Origin: Takakia lepidozioides | Taxonomy: Eukaryota > Plantae > Bryophyta | DNA length: 64,000 nucleotides | NCBI GenBank assembly: GCA_030704615.1 | Contig: CM060732.1 | Coordinates: forward strand, 31,682,001 to 31,746,000 | Direction of reading: 5' to 3' | Part shown: piece after piece, positions 43,777 through 57,000 of the stretch | Layout: every line of letters starts with the position of its first letter | Position numbering within the stretch: the first letter of the stretch is position 1 | Notes under the pieces: generated by a model | Seen by the model: only the letters and a program-made list of their open reading frames with translations | Database searches by the model: none | What the model was told of the DNA's origin: nothing | Made by a program: the position numbers and the translations under genes

Positions 43777-45084
43777 ATCCAGGGCAATGGCAGTTCGGAT
43801 TTTTTTTTATTTTGAAAAATCGGGACTGCCACTAGACTTCTCTTGCAGCCCAGGTGTCCACCAAAGTGATGGGAAAGGCTCTAAAATTTGTAATTATAGT
43901 TTTACCAAGCAACACTTGCAGGTAATGTAAGGCAGGGGTAACTTAACCACTCCCAGCTTGTGGCAAATAAATTATCTAAGGGCTCTTTGTGTATGTGCAA
44001 GGATATCCTTTTTGTAAAATGATAAGTTTATCTATCATCACTTCTACCTCTCCCATGGTATACTTCAGAGGTATCTTCACATTGCTCAAGGGCATGGGTT
44101 TGTAAGAAAAAATTGCTTATTTTTACTTGTCATGAACACATTGTACTGGATTAGGGAGTCCGGCTCAGGTCACCTCTCCTCAAAGCCACACTAAGCCGAG
44201 CAGTCTCCAAACCGGCATTTGTCTCTTTGTAGAGAGCAGAGGAAAGACAATTCTGCTCCTGCTTCACTTCTTGCGTGGAAGGTATCTCGACTGGTATATG
44301 ACTAATTCATCTGCCTGCCTTGATGTTGTATTGTGCGCAAGGTGAATCTGATCTGGAGATGGTGGGGAATCTGGATGACAAGGAGATGTTATCCTTGTAA
44401 AGCTGGAGTTCTGAGTTGAGTTTGGGGTGAGAGATGGGGTGGATTCTAGGTGTTATCACATGCAGCTTCCAAATCTTTTGAAAATCTGCATTTGTCCGGC
44501 TATTGCAATGTTGTGCATAAGGCAGATCACAACAGAGGGTTGAAGAGCCTGTTCCTGTTCTCCCTCGTACCTCTGGGCAAATCAAATTGGTGGACATTTT
44601 TGTGCGCAGTTGGGTATTGTATGTAGGCACCGGCTACTCCACTTACCAGCAAATTCGTGCCTGCAACAGCCAAATTTCTTGGATGTTCAGTGACCTGGCA
44701 GCCATTTGACCCTATCTAGGATGCATATTTGATCTGAAGAAAGGCTGAAACACATGTCCAGAGCTTGCCACATTATGTCTGGATAATTCCAGAGATGTGT
44801 TGCTTTGTGCCTTCTGTGCGCCCAGCTATTTTGTTCAGGAAAGAGGTCTGGCAACTAATTTCCACTCCTACATGCCCACGCACTAGTAACACACTATCTG
44901 GTGTGAATCTCTTTCAGGGTCAGCATTAACCCAGATGTGAAAACATTTCAATATTTAAATGTGAGTTAGCAAGTAGGTAAGTTACCTGCAAGTTTGACTG
45001 GGCCATAGTGAGCTTGGTGAGGTGCAGCTATAGGCATACTGCACCTCCTTCATCTGGGCATAAATTGTCTGCGTAGCACCCTCC

Positions 45085-47040
45085 TCAGCTCAGCTTGGAT
45101 TTCCTCAATTGTGGATGAATGTCTCCTAAAATATGCTGTGGATTGCAGTCAAGTAGACCTTTAACCACACGTTTGGCTAGCTCCACGTCACCATGAATTC
45201 TGCAGGAAGTGAGCAAGGCACCCCACACTGGGATTTTCTTAATGAAGTCCTCAGCATCATCCAATCGTCCTGCGCGGCCAAGAAGGTCAACCATGCAACC
45301 AAAATGCTCCACTGTGGGTGGCAGGCCATGATCTCCACTCATGGAACGGAAGTAGTGACGGCCTTCATCCACTAGGCCCACATGGGTACATGCAGAGAGA
45401 AGACATATAAAGGTACTGCCGTTTGGCTTCAAACCTTCATGTTGCATTTGTTCAAACAGTTGGAGGGCCTCGATCAGCGTGTTCCATGTGGCCACATCTC
45501 GATGAGCCATATTGTCGAACATATGACGTGCATCATATATGCTCCCACATTTGGCATACATGTTGACAAGCGCACTTTCCAGAATGATATCTGGAACAAT
45601 TCCAGCTTTGCCAATGTCAGCATGAACATCTTTGCCTTTTTCCAGGGCTGCAAGGCTGGCACAGGCATTGAGAACACAAATGAATGTGACCTTGTCTGGC
45701 ATCACCCTTTCACAAATCATTAGCTCATAGATCTCCAAAGCCTCTCTACCCACCCATGCTGACAGTATCCTGTGATCATCGCATTCCAGGAAACCACATT
45801 TCTTTGAGCCATACTGTCGAACAATCGACGTGCATCAATTATGCTCCCAATTTGACATACATGTAAACAAGCGCAGTCTCAAGAATGATATCTGGCACAA
45901 TTCCAACTTCAATGATGTCAGCATGGACATCTTTCCCCTCTTCAGGGCTGCCAGCCTGGCACACGCATTGAGCACGCAAATGAATGTGACATTATCTGGC
46001 TGCACCCCTTCCTGAATCATTTCCTCATAGATCTCCAATGCCTCCCTACCACAGCCGAGCTGGCATAGCCTGCTATCATCAGAGTCCATAAGACCACATT
46101 TCGTTGGGCCATATTGTCAAACACTTGACGTGCATCCTTTATGCTCGCGCATTCGGCATACATTTCAACAAGGGCAGTCTCCAGAACACTATCTGGCACA
46201 ATTCTACTCTGCTGATGTCAGCATGAACAACTTTGCCCTTTTCCAGGGCTGCCAGGCTAGCACAGGCATTGAGAACACAAATGAATGTGACCTTGTCTGG
46301 CATCACCCCTTCCCGTTTCATTTGCTCATATATCTCTAAAGCCTCCCTACCATACCCATGCTGAACATATCCTGCGGTCAAGGCGTTGCATGATACCACA
46401 TCTCGTTAGCCATATTGTCAAACACATGACGTGCATCCTTCATGCTCCCACACTTCGCATACATGTTAGCCAAGGCAGTCTCCAGAATAATATCAGGTGC
46501 AATTCCAGCTTTCATGATGTCAGCATGAATCTCTTTTCCCTTCTCCAGGGCTCCTAGGCTGGCGCATGCCTTCAGAACACAAATGAATGTAACCCCATTT
46601 GGTGTTACCCTGTCCTCTATCATTTGTTCATAGCTCTCAACTGCCTCCCTACAAAATCCATGCTTGGCATATCCTGCCATCATTATAGTCCACGTAAATA
46701 CATCTCGTTGAGACATTTTGTCAACCACTTCCCGTGCATCCACCACACTCCCGCATTTGGCATACATGTTGACAAGGGCAATGAGGAGAAAAACGTCTGG
46801 CTTGAATCCAGTTTGGGTAATGTGGGCATGCACCTGCTTCCCTCTAGCTAGGTCTTTAATTTTGATGCACTCCTGCAAGAGACAGATGTAAGTATTGTAG
46901 TCGGCCGAACTGGCTTTTTGGTTCAAAGTGTGCAGCGCCTCTTTCAGTTTGCCTGCCTTACATAGTGAACAGTCCTTGTTTATTCCCTCTCTTGCTCCTC
47001 TTTCAAAAGCAGTGGTGATGGTGGGTTTGCCTTGTGAAAA
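45085..47040 (-). pseudogene. PLS-class PPR gene with partial E domain, frameshifted
   Basis: Repeated VTFICVLNACASLAALEKGK / ALVNMYAKCGS motifs over several frames; EHFGCMVDLLGRAGRL...VWGALLTSCRIHG; no DYW domain seen. Confidence 0.9.
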
Positions 47041-48035
47041 CAGCTGGGCATGATTTATCCCTGCTATCCTGCAGAAGTCAAAGCTCTTAGGTACAAAACC
47101 TTTATACTCGTGTCAAGGCTCCTAGACACTTCAAAGAATGATCTCTACAACAGGGTACAGGGCTACTGCATCATAAAACGTGCCAATTCTTTCTGTTTAA
47201 GGTGGAACCCTCATAAAATAATACCTGCAGTGTTCTTGAACTTGATCTCCATGGTGTGCATCGACATTAGGACAGTCACCAAATTGTGCTGGACCTTGTC
47301 TCATGGCAGCTACCTCTGTGTTCTGCCAAACAGAGTTTGACCAATTAACAATCCGAAGAGCATCCTTTGAGCACTTATGTGACGTTGGATACACCTGTGA
47401 AACCCATGAGATCCAGATCATTTCAGAGTAAAACTGGCTCCAACCACCGAAGCTCCATGTCACTCGAAGATGTATCTCGAGCTCTTTCCTGTCGCTTGGC
47501 CTCTAAACTCTAAACCCTTTCTGTTAACAAAAAAAAAAAAAAAATCTAAACGAAAAAGACCAATTGTAATGGAGCCTGCAAAAACTTTCCCGCGCATTTT
47601 CAAGTGGTCCGCTTGGCTCTCAGGCAGCGTGCCTGTCTGATATGCAATGGCGTTTCTGCGATTTCGTATTGCACAGAACGGATCTCTTGGATTACTAGAC
47701 GTTATGAGCATGAAGGTAGGGAGTATGTACAATTCGGCAATGGAGAAGTAAGCAGCGGTGGCAGAGAACAGGCTGAGCAGGTGTGCTCCGTGTCCTTAGA
47801 AGAAAATGCAGGGGTTTGTAGGTTTTGAGCTGAAGGAAAGTTCTTAGCAACTCTTTATCGACAGCTTGAGAAATTTCGAAAGACGATTTGCATCTTGACG
47901 TTCCTCCAAGTGCTCCTTTCTCGCAGCATTGCAGTGGGATGCAATATACGCAACACACCATCACAGTTCTTGACTTAAGACCTAAATGAGCTTGTGTGCT
48001 CCGAAGTTTGAATCAACACTTGCCGGGTGTGCAGG

Positions 48036-51000
48036 ATGGGGGTGGAGAACTACCATGTGATTGAGCTGGTGGGTGAGGGCTCGTTTGGGAAAGTCTACAA
48101 GGGCAGGCGCAAGTACACAGGCCAGGTTCGTTAAACTTTTGATTTTTATTGACGGTGCAAAAGCTGTGGCCAGTGGCCTTGCTGCAGCTATCCCGTGACA
48201 ACCGATTGACCTTCTACTCGGCGTACATTGCCTGTGCTGCATGCAGACTGTGGCAATGAAGTTCATATTGAAGCATGGCAAAAGCGACAAAGACATTGAA
48301 AATCTCAGGCAGGAAATTGAGGTGAGTGGTTACTTTCCATTGGTTGCCTACTTGAAGGATGAGTGTGCTCTCCTGGGAGGAAAGGAATGAAGGAATGGAC
48401 TGCATAAACTGGAGACAAGAAACAAAGAAACAAATATTAAACCAGGCCTAATCGCTGCACCAGGACCGAGTGCCTGCGTTCCTGATTTTCATGAGTAAAT
48501 GCCTCTCCAAGGTTGGGAAAAGAGAGTAGCATCTCCCTCTAGTCAACAACTATTCAGGGCAGGAGAATAGGAAATGGTTTTTCTATCTCACTTCCTGGAT
48601 GGTGCAAAATGGACAAATGTATTCTCACACGGACTGTTAAGCCATCTGGCTGTCACATCTGGAGATTGTGAGAACTCACCCTGAAATTTCTCGGAGCCCT
48701 CGGAAGAGGGACTATATGCATACATGCAAGTGCTCCTGTCCCTCCATGTGAGTACGCATAACTCCCATTGAGAGACAAAAATAAAGAAGGAAGGGGGCTT
48801 GATTCGTTCACAAAAAGCCCAAAGGGTCTTAGTGAATCCTCATATGTTCCTCTTTTCCTCAGCAGAGGAAAAGTTTGAAGAATCTGAGTATTCCGTCGTC
48901 TTGATTCTTGTCCTGTTGTGCCATGTTCTGTAGCTAACCTATTGAACAAGTGTATTATGAGTCATGGCTTGAAAATTTACATCTTAGAGCTTTTCTCTGC
49001 AGTGTCCACCACATCCAGGTATCTATCCGAATGGAGAGAATACTTTCTTACTGTAATACTTTCTTTACTGTTCTTCTCTGGGTGCATCTTTATTAACACA
49101 GTCTTCCATATCAATTTGTGGCAAATGCTGCTTAGCCATGCATAGGCTGACCTCCTGTCTGGTATTGATTTTTTGCTTAGATATTGCGGCAATTGAAGCA
49201 TGAAAACATCATAGAGATGCTTGATGCATTCGAGAGCCCACAAGAATTTTGTGTGGTGACAGAGTTTGCCCAGGTTCAAATATTTGCCTCCCACTTTCTT
49301 TCATTGAGTGCTAATCATTTGGGACGACTTCCCTTAGAGGGTCTTGTGAATGTGAAGTATTTTTTGTAAGGCCACAGGCAAGAAAGTAAGAAATGAAATG
49401 AAATGAAATGGTGCTTTATAACGTCTTTGATCCCTTGGAAAAAGGCATGGATGTTAGTCAAAGTGGAGTGGAGGCAAGAGATACAAACATTGTGATGCAA
49501 TGGAACAGCCAGATGGAAAGGCAACCTGTGAAAGGACGGTGACATGCAGACACTCAGGATTCAAGAAAGGGTTCAGGAGGAAGGGTAGGATTAACAATGA
49601 ACTTTTGACAGCACTTCAAATTCGCAGGACTGCGTCAGATAAAAGGCTTAGTTCTCAGCAAGTGTTTCGGTTGAGTTTGAGATCAATAATGCTTTGGAAG
49701 ATTGAGATTGTTTGTGACACCTCCTTCCTTCATCTTGTGGGCAGGGGGAGCTGTTTGAGATTCTTGAGGATGACAAAAGCCTCCCAGAAGTGCAAGTCCA
49801 AGCTATAGCCAAGCAGCTGGTGAGCCCTTCATCATCAAAATGCAACTTCTTTGTATGAACAACTACATGAAGACTATCAGAAATGAAATGAAATGAAGTG
49901 GTACTTTACAACGTCCGTGGAAAGCTCAAAGAGTTATGGGACAAAATGGTGAAAAAAAAAGAGAGAGGAGACAAAACCAGAGCCCAACAGCAGCCCAAAA
50001 GCAACTACTGCTCAGTGGAATCTCCCATGGATCTCATAATATAGAGGGCAATAAAAGAAGTGTTCTTCAGTTTCAATTTCCTGGTTGTGCCCCGTGCAAG
50101 CTGGGCATACGCGGTCCTCCCGTTGCAGGTTTCCCATCTACCAGTCTCTATCCGTAGATTGTGGGAGCCCACCCTGAACCGCCCCAATGCCCTCAGAATG
50201 GAAGGAGATAAGCCCCGAAAGGTAATTGGGCTGCAAGATTTGATCATCACGGAGAACCAAGAAAGTCTCTCGATAGAAATGGAGTTTTGTCGTGAGAGTG
50301 GGTAGCTTCCAAGTTCTGCTGACATGTAGTTCCATAAGTTCTCTTCTAATGAGTCTATTGCGATCCTGTTTGGACGTGATTTCCACCCCTTCTGGATTTT
50401 GTGGCAATAACGAAGCAATAGCATTGAGAAAGAAATGAAATTATACTTTTATGATATAATGTCCATGGAGAAAAGAAAGCAAGAAACAAGGCCAACAGTG
50501 GGGTCCAAGAAATGAAATGAAATGGTGCTTTATAATGTCCGCGGAAAGCTCATAGAGCTTATGGGACAAAATGGAAGAAAACATGAGAGGAAACAACCAG
50601 AGCCAGAGATAAAAACTATTGTTCGAGTGATTGTCTAAGGGTGAGTGCCTCGTGCAGGTAAGCTGCCAAGCATTTCTGATCTTCATAGTGAAAGACTTCA
50701 GTGAGAGATTGGGTTCCAAGGAATAGACAGTGGAATCTCCCACAGATGTCATAGTATAGAGGGCAATAGAAGATGTGTTCTTCAGTTTCACGAAAGAAAG
50801 AAACTTATGAAGATATGAAGCTTCCGCCTATGCCGTGGTTCAAATCTTTGTGACAGAAAATAGGCAAGGAATATCCTCGTCCACTGCAGCTATTTTTGTC
50901 TCAATCAGACGGTTTTAGCTGTTGATCTCAAATTGGGTTGTGCTCCACTGCAGGTGAAGGCACTGCATTACCTCCACTCGCACCGCATCATCCACCGGGA

Positions 51001-54000
51001 TATGAAGCCACAGAATATCCTTATTGGTGCCGGGGGGATTGTAAAGGTATGAGAATGAAATTTGTTCTCCAACTTCCATTGAAATTAAAGGTGGCTCAAG
51101 TGACTGCTTTGCCTATCACTTTACTGTTGCTGATTGATGGCATTTAAACGCAAAGTGTTGGAAAACCACTAGCGTATGGTCGGGCTAGGGATTGAACCTA
51201 GGACCTCCCCCATTCCGGTGGGGTGCTCTACCACTGAGCTACCCGTCCCCTTTCTGTTCTCAGAGTGCCGTGCAAGGGCTATAGCCTTGACACCTCCAAC
51301 ACTCCCCCTCAAGGCATAGCCTTTATAGCTGATGCCCACCCATTCTGACCACCGCCCCAACCTTGGCTCTGATACCATGTTGGAAAACCACTAGCGTATG
51401 GTTGGGCTAGGGATTGAACCTAGGACCTCCCCCATTCCGGTGGGGTGCTCTACCACTGAGCTACCTGTCCCCTTTCTGTTCTCAGAGTGCCGTGCAAGGG
51501 CTATAGCCTTGACACCTCCAACACAAAGAACCACAGCAGTGTTGAAGTTTAGAAATGACTTGGTCTGCCTACTTTTGAATTGACATGACCAATGACATTC
51601 AGTGGATCCAATTGTACTCAACAGAGTTTCAACTACCGAAGACAGTTTTCCACAAGCCTTTTAACTCTTTGCGACAATAGAAAGACTGGCCCTTACAGGA
51701 TCAAGCCTCTCCTCATGGTGGGCTTACATGTTTGACGTGTCTTTTGCGGGTATCAGCTCTGTGATTTTGGATTTGCAAGAGCAATGTCCTGCAACACTAT
51801 GGTGCTGCGCTCTATCAAAGGTTGGATCCCACTTTCCCAACCTATCTGAGATGAATTGAAATGAAATGAAATGAAATGGAATTGAAAGAGAGAGAACTAT
51901 ACAAAGACTTCTCAGATGGACAGTAATAATCTGCAAATCTGTTCATATTATGTCTCATCCCCCTAAGAGACAAAATTAACCAGCCACATTGAATTGAGGG
52001 GGAGTGAATGTTGGACATAGCGTCCTCCCCCTTGCAATCATCACTTTTGGGGAGGGATGGGTTTCTTGGACTAAAAATGATGAGTAGTTGAACACTTGGT
52101 GATATCAGGAACACCGCTGTACATGGCTCCAGAGCTAGTGCGGGAGCAACCCTACAACCATACAGCCGATCTGTGGTCCCTTGGTGTCATACTGTAAGTC
52201 TTCATGTTGATGGTGAACATCTACTGTATCATTTGTCCCACTCTGGCATGGAATACATTTCATATGTACAAGAAACCTTGTTGCGGTTTTAAGGTAAATA
52301 CTTGAACTTGGTGTAACAGGTACGAGCTGTATGTGGGACAACCTCCCTTCTATACAAATTCTGTTTACACTCTTATACGACACATCGTCAAGGTTCATCT
52401 CTCCCTGTGGCCCCTCTGCCTGCCAACCTCTATTGATCAAGTGATTCCGTAGTTATTGCTTTTAGAGCATATCTTCTTTTTCCAAGCATATGTTGCATTG
52501 AAATGTCTCTCTACTTTGTCCCATGGGCCTCTCAGACCCCTGTTGGTGTAATAGAGTTTCTTTCTCTTCAGCTGCCCTGGCTGTGGTCTTTCACCTCTGT
52601 CCTATGAACTAGTAATAATTTCCAGTGTTTTTCTCCTTCTCTGTCTCATATCAAATTATGCTTTCTACTGCCAGCCTCTCAATCAAATTCAATTCCCAGT
52701 AACAAGATTGTTGCTCACTTTGCATGATGCATGAGCAATTCTTGGGCTGAGTTTGTTCCTGTGCGTACTTCCAACAGGATCCTGTAAAGTACCCTGACAG
52801 CATCAGCCCAAACTTCAAGAGCTTTTTGAAAGGTCTTCTTAACAAGGTATGCTGTGAAGATACCGACACACCCTCTGTTGGACCCAAAAATAAAGTTCTC
52901 CTTCGTAGATGTTTGCAAAGGCTTTTTGTTGCACTACTGTAAGCAGCTGAGACAAGTGTCTTTGAGCAGGTGTCACAGAATCGACTCACATGGCCTGGCC
53001 TATTGGAGCACCCGTTTGTTCGAGAAACGTCGGATGAGCTGGCAGCTAGAGTAAGCACATTATAACATTTTTCATTGCCCCTCTCATATATATTTTCTCA
53101 TTGACTAAACACTTATATACATGTCTCTGTGTCTCTGTCCGTGTGCCACAGCATTAGTCAGTTTATGGGACCCAGTGGGTCAGGCATTCAGCAATTGGCA
53201 GCTGCTTGTTGAGTTGCCATGTGCAGGAAGCCCGTGCAGTAACTGCTGCAGCAAGGGGTTGTGATGCTGCATGGAGAGGGGAAGTCAACATCACCTTATC
53301 TTCCCCTTTGGCAACCTCCCGCATCCCTGGTTTAAGCCCTGCTGGTTTGTGCCTTACCCATGTTACTGACGATGGCCATTAGACAAAAATCAATCGTGAA
53401 CTGAGGGCCAGGTTCCTCAGATGCTGCGGAGCTTAACGACAGGGGTATTGGTAGTTGCTGAGAGGTCACCTCTGCGCTTGTGCAGCCATAGCTAGAGCTT
53501 TTCCTTGGAAGACATGTCATTCTGGCTGTTGCATAAGTTGGCACGAGGAGCTTTTGGCTTGATTATGTCTGAGATCTGATTGAGAGAATGAGATCTGATT
53601 AATTGTTGCTGTAGCCTGTGGCATGAAGTTCCTGACCAATCATGACAAGAAGTTGTTCTTATTCATCATTAGATTTTGAGTTTTGACGTAGTGGTTGTCT
53701 GCTATATGGTTAGGGGGAAGGGGGCGCACACATGAACTGCTGGATCAGACAACAGAGAGCACCCCTCCCCCAGAGCGCCCGGCATTGATCCCTCGAGCTC
53801 CTAATGGATATCACCAGCAACAGCAGCAACAAGCTCCTACTGTTGCTGCCACTTCAACCAGCCCCAGCCCTTCCAACATTGGTAACTCACATTTTGACGA
53901 GATAAATGTCACCCCCAGAAGCTTTACTGCTAAGCTGGAAACCACCACTAATATTAGGTGACAAAGGTGAACCATTAGCTTACTCTAATGTTTGCGCTTG

Positions 54001-57000
54001 TGGAGTACCCTTTACATGATATTCTGGTCTGTGTCTTTGGCTGATGAGATTGTGATTTTCCTTTGGTGTTGCAGGTGCTGAAGTGTCATCAACCCTGGAT
54101 AAGATAGAGAGCACATCACGGACCGTGAAGGGAGCACAGGCGATTGGCCAGGACCGGGGGGCACTAGCCCATATTCTACACCCTTTCCGCAATCTTCATG
54201 CAAAAGGAACTGCAGCTCTTGCAAGGCCAGTATTCTTAGCAGACCCTGTGCTTCATTACAATGCTGACAGGGCTTGGGTCCGTAATCTTCAAAGATCTAA
54301 CCAGATTTCTATTTTAATGAATGCTGGTAGTTTGTTCTTAACTAGTTCTGTTGAACAGTTGTCTTTATTCAGCCCATCCTATGGTTATGTAAGTTTGATC
54401 AAGGAAGTGGGTTCTGTCTTGGCCTTTTTGAGTCGCCATCTCTATACTTTGGTTAAATCCTATTAGTCTTGATACTGGAAGTATGGAGAGGTGCAATCCC
54501 GTCACTGGTGAAAAGTTGGTGCAATATTGTGGTAGACTGCAAATACAAGGCTGCTCTGTGCTGATGCCAAGGACATGTGGTACTTTCTGTAGGCTTACAG
54601 CCATTAAACCCATGCTATACTTGCATAAGAGAAAGGTCACTTAGAAGGATCAAGGTGTCAGACATGAACTGATTCTTTATAACATCCTAAGAAAGCTCAA
54701 AGAGCTTATGGGACGAGAGAAAGCAGGATACAAGAAATAATGTAGGACCCTCAACAAGCAGCCCATCAAGACATTGTCTAAGGCAGAGAGCCTTGCGTGG
54801 GTATGCTGGCAAGCATTTGTGGCCTCACAGTGAAAGACGTCAGTGAGGAATGGCTGTCTGGGAAAGTATTAGTATTGACCCCAGACTGCCAGCGAAAGAA
54901 CTGAAATGAAATGGAACTTTATCACGTCCACAGAAAGCTCGAAGAGCTTGTGGGACGAGAAAGCAAGAAAGAAGAAAGAGGGGTGAATTTTCAAAGGGGG
55001 CATGAGTCAAACAGAGAATCAGGAAAGGGTTGGAGTACAGAAAGGAAGAGTCTAGGTGTCTGCTGTCTGAAAAGAGTGACACATGTCGGCAGTGAGCAGG
55101 CAAGTGCAGCTGCCAGTCAGGCAATGCGAGTGCTGTCGAATCTGCTTGCAGGCAATGCAATACAACAAACAGTGGCTGTGGAGGATGTTATTCCAACTGT
55201 GGTAGTTTTGTTGCGGGCCACACTAGCAGCTCCCAATGCCCAACATGTTCACCTTCTTATCAAGGTGTGCTCTTTGGAATGAGAAGATTGGGTCAGATGT
55301 GTCAGCAGTTTCCTATCGTATTATGGGACACGTACATTTTTTGAAGTCCATAGAATGAGGCCAGGATTGTGCCTACTCACTAATCACTGAAGCAATGTCT
55401 GTGATTTTAAGTTCACCTACAACATCTTACAGGACCACTGGTGCGCAGCCTCTACTGTAGCCATGCATATAATCTAGTAACTCTTCTTGCAAATGTAGTG
55501 TTGTGCATGTGGACAAGACATGCAACACAATTTATTTATTCTAGTCAGACTCATTCAATATTGTTTCATTTGACCTGTCTGCGAAATCCTGCAGGGATTA
55601 GGGGTGCTGCGCAAGCTAGTAGAGGTAGGGGCAGGAAAAATGGACAGCTCCTACCTTCACCACAGTGTTGCCCTGTTACGCCTCTACCCTCAGGTAACTG
55701 CTCTTATTGCACGGAATCTGCCCTGACACAACAGTTCATCACAGCTTATGCAGGCGATTATTTGGCTCTGGCTCCATCCAGGATGTTGAGAAAGCTTTTG
55801 TATATAGTGATTTCTTTGACTGGCACAGAGACCCTCGACACCATCACTGCATGCAGCAGAGCTCCTAAACTCTTTCTCTTTTTCTCTGGCCACAAGGCTA
55901 CGGCAAACAACATCTTAGGTCCATTTCTTTTTCTCTGGACCACACATATATCGCATTAAAAGTGAGGAGTATTGCGCAGCACTGAATCTCTTTTCAAACA
56001 TCCAATCACATCAGCAGTTAACTGGCATGGATGGCAGGCTGTGGCATATGCCCATGACCAATCAGGCCGTGTATTGTTTGAGTCAACAGCTTGTGTGGCA
56101 GTCTTGCTCACACGTGTTACAGCAAGACTGGGAACTCTGGTGGCACCAGGTGGTGAAGTGCCTGAGAATGTCGGAGGGGCAGCAACTGTGGAAGGACAAA
56201 CTATGGCACAAATAATTGGGCAGGCCAGGGTACTTGGAACAGGAGATCATCTTTGCTCCTGCTTGGGTACAACAGGTTAGGAACTTTGTTTGAATTTGGT
56301 CGCATTTTTGGTGCATATGGATCTTTAAGGCCTACATAACATGTATCTGGAGTTTTTTGCTATTATATCCAGGCTCGGCAGTATCTCATTATTGGGATTT
56401 GTCCAAATGGTCAGTAATATTTTTTTGTGCATTTTGTTAGAGAGAGTGGCCATATTCTCTTCCTTTATCTACTGCAAACACTGACACAAGCCAGTTGGTG
56501 TGGTGGTAGAACACAAGTACTTTCCAAAAGGTCCAATCCTAGTCTCTTTGTGAACGAACATGGGAGTCCCTATACAGAGGTCTGCCAGCTGGGGTGTGTG
56601 CATGCCATTTTGATGCCTATACGTCTTTGCGTGAGCAGCTGTGCGAGACTGTTGGCTAGGTCTATCCTGACCATCACATAAGACCAGTGATCTTCCCATG
56701 GAGCTTCATTAGTTACATCACACCATTACCTTCCAACCGCGTTTCTAACTTAAATGTCCAATGACAGGTGCAAGCCTCATATCTGGTGCATGCACGTCAG
56801 CCCCGTTGTCAGGTGAAGCATATAAAGCACTTTGGGCTCTCATAAGGGGCCTATCATTGGCAACTGGAAAGGGGGAGCAGAAGCAGGGGTTTCCATTGAC
56901 GGTCACCCGGGGTATATGGCACAGACACGAGAAACGGGGTCATTGACGACAAGAAGGCTGAGAGAGAAAGAAAGGTGCTGAAGGCTTGGAGGAGTAAGGA

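Larger units (their letters stand above)
51156..51523 (-). mobile_element. TRIM (368 bp) with tRNA-containing LTRs
   Basis: 146-bp LTRs 51156-51301 and 51378-51523 (TGTTGGA...TCCAACA, 2 differences); TSD CAAAG (51151-51155, 51524-51528); PBS TGGTATCAGAGC (51366-51377, minus); PPT GAGGGGGAG (51302-51310, minus); 76-bp internal region. Confidence 0.96.

Noticed and set aside
44100-45080. DYW deaminase domain downstream of the PPR E domain
   Set aside because: No HSE, CxxC or DYW motifs recognised.
51177-51470. Two functional tRNA genes
   Set aside because: Both lie in LTRs, have acceptor and anticodon stem mismatches and C33, and the nominal GGA anticodon lacks the Ser variable arm.
54220-55100. 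GC-AG intron in the kinase gene
   Set aside because: Phase-compatible, but an alternative GT-AG pair a few bases away also fits; undecidable without transcripts.
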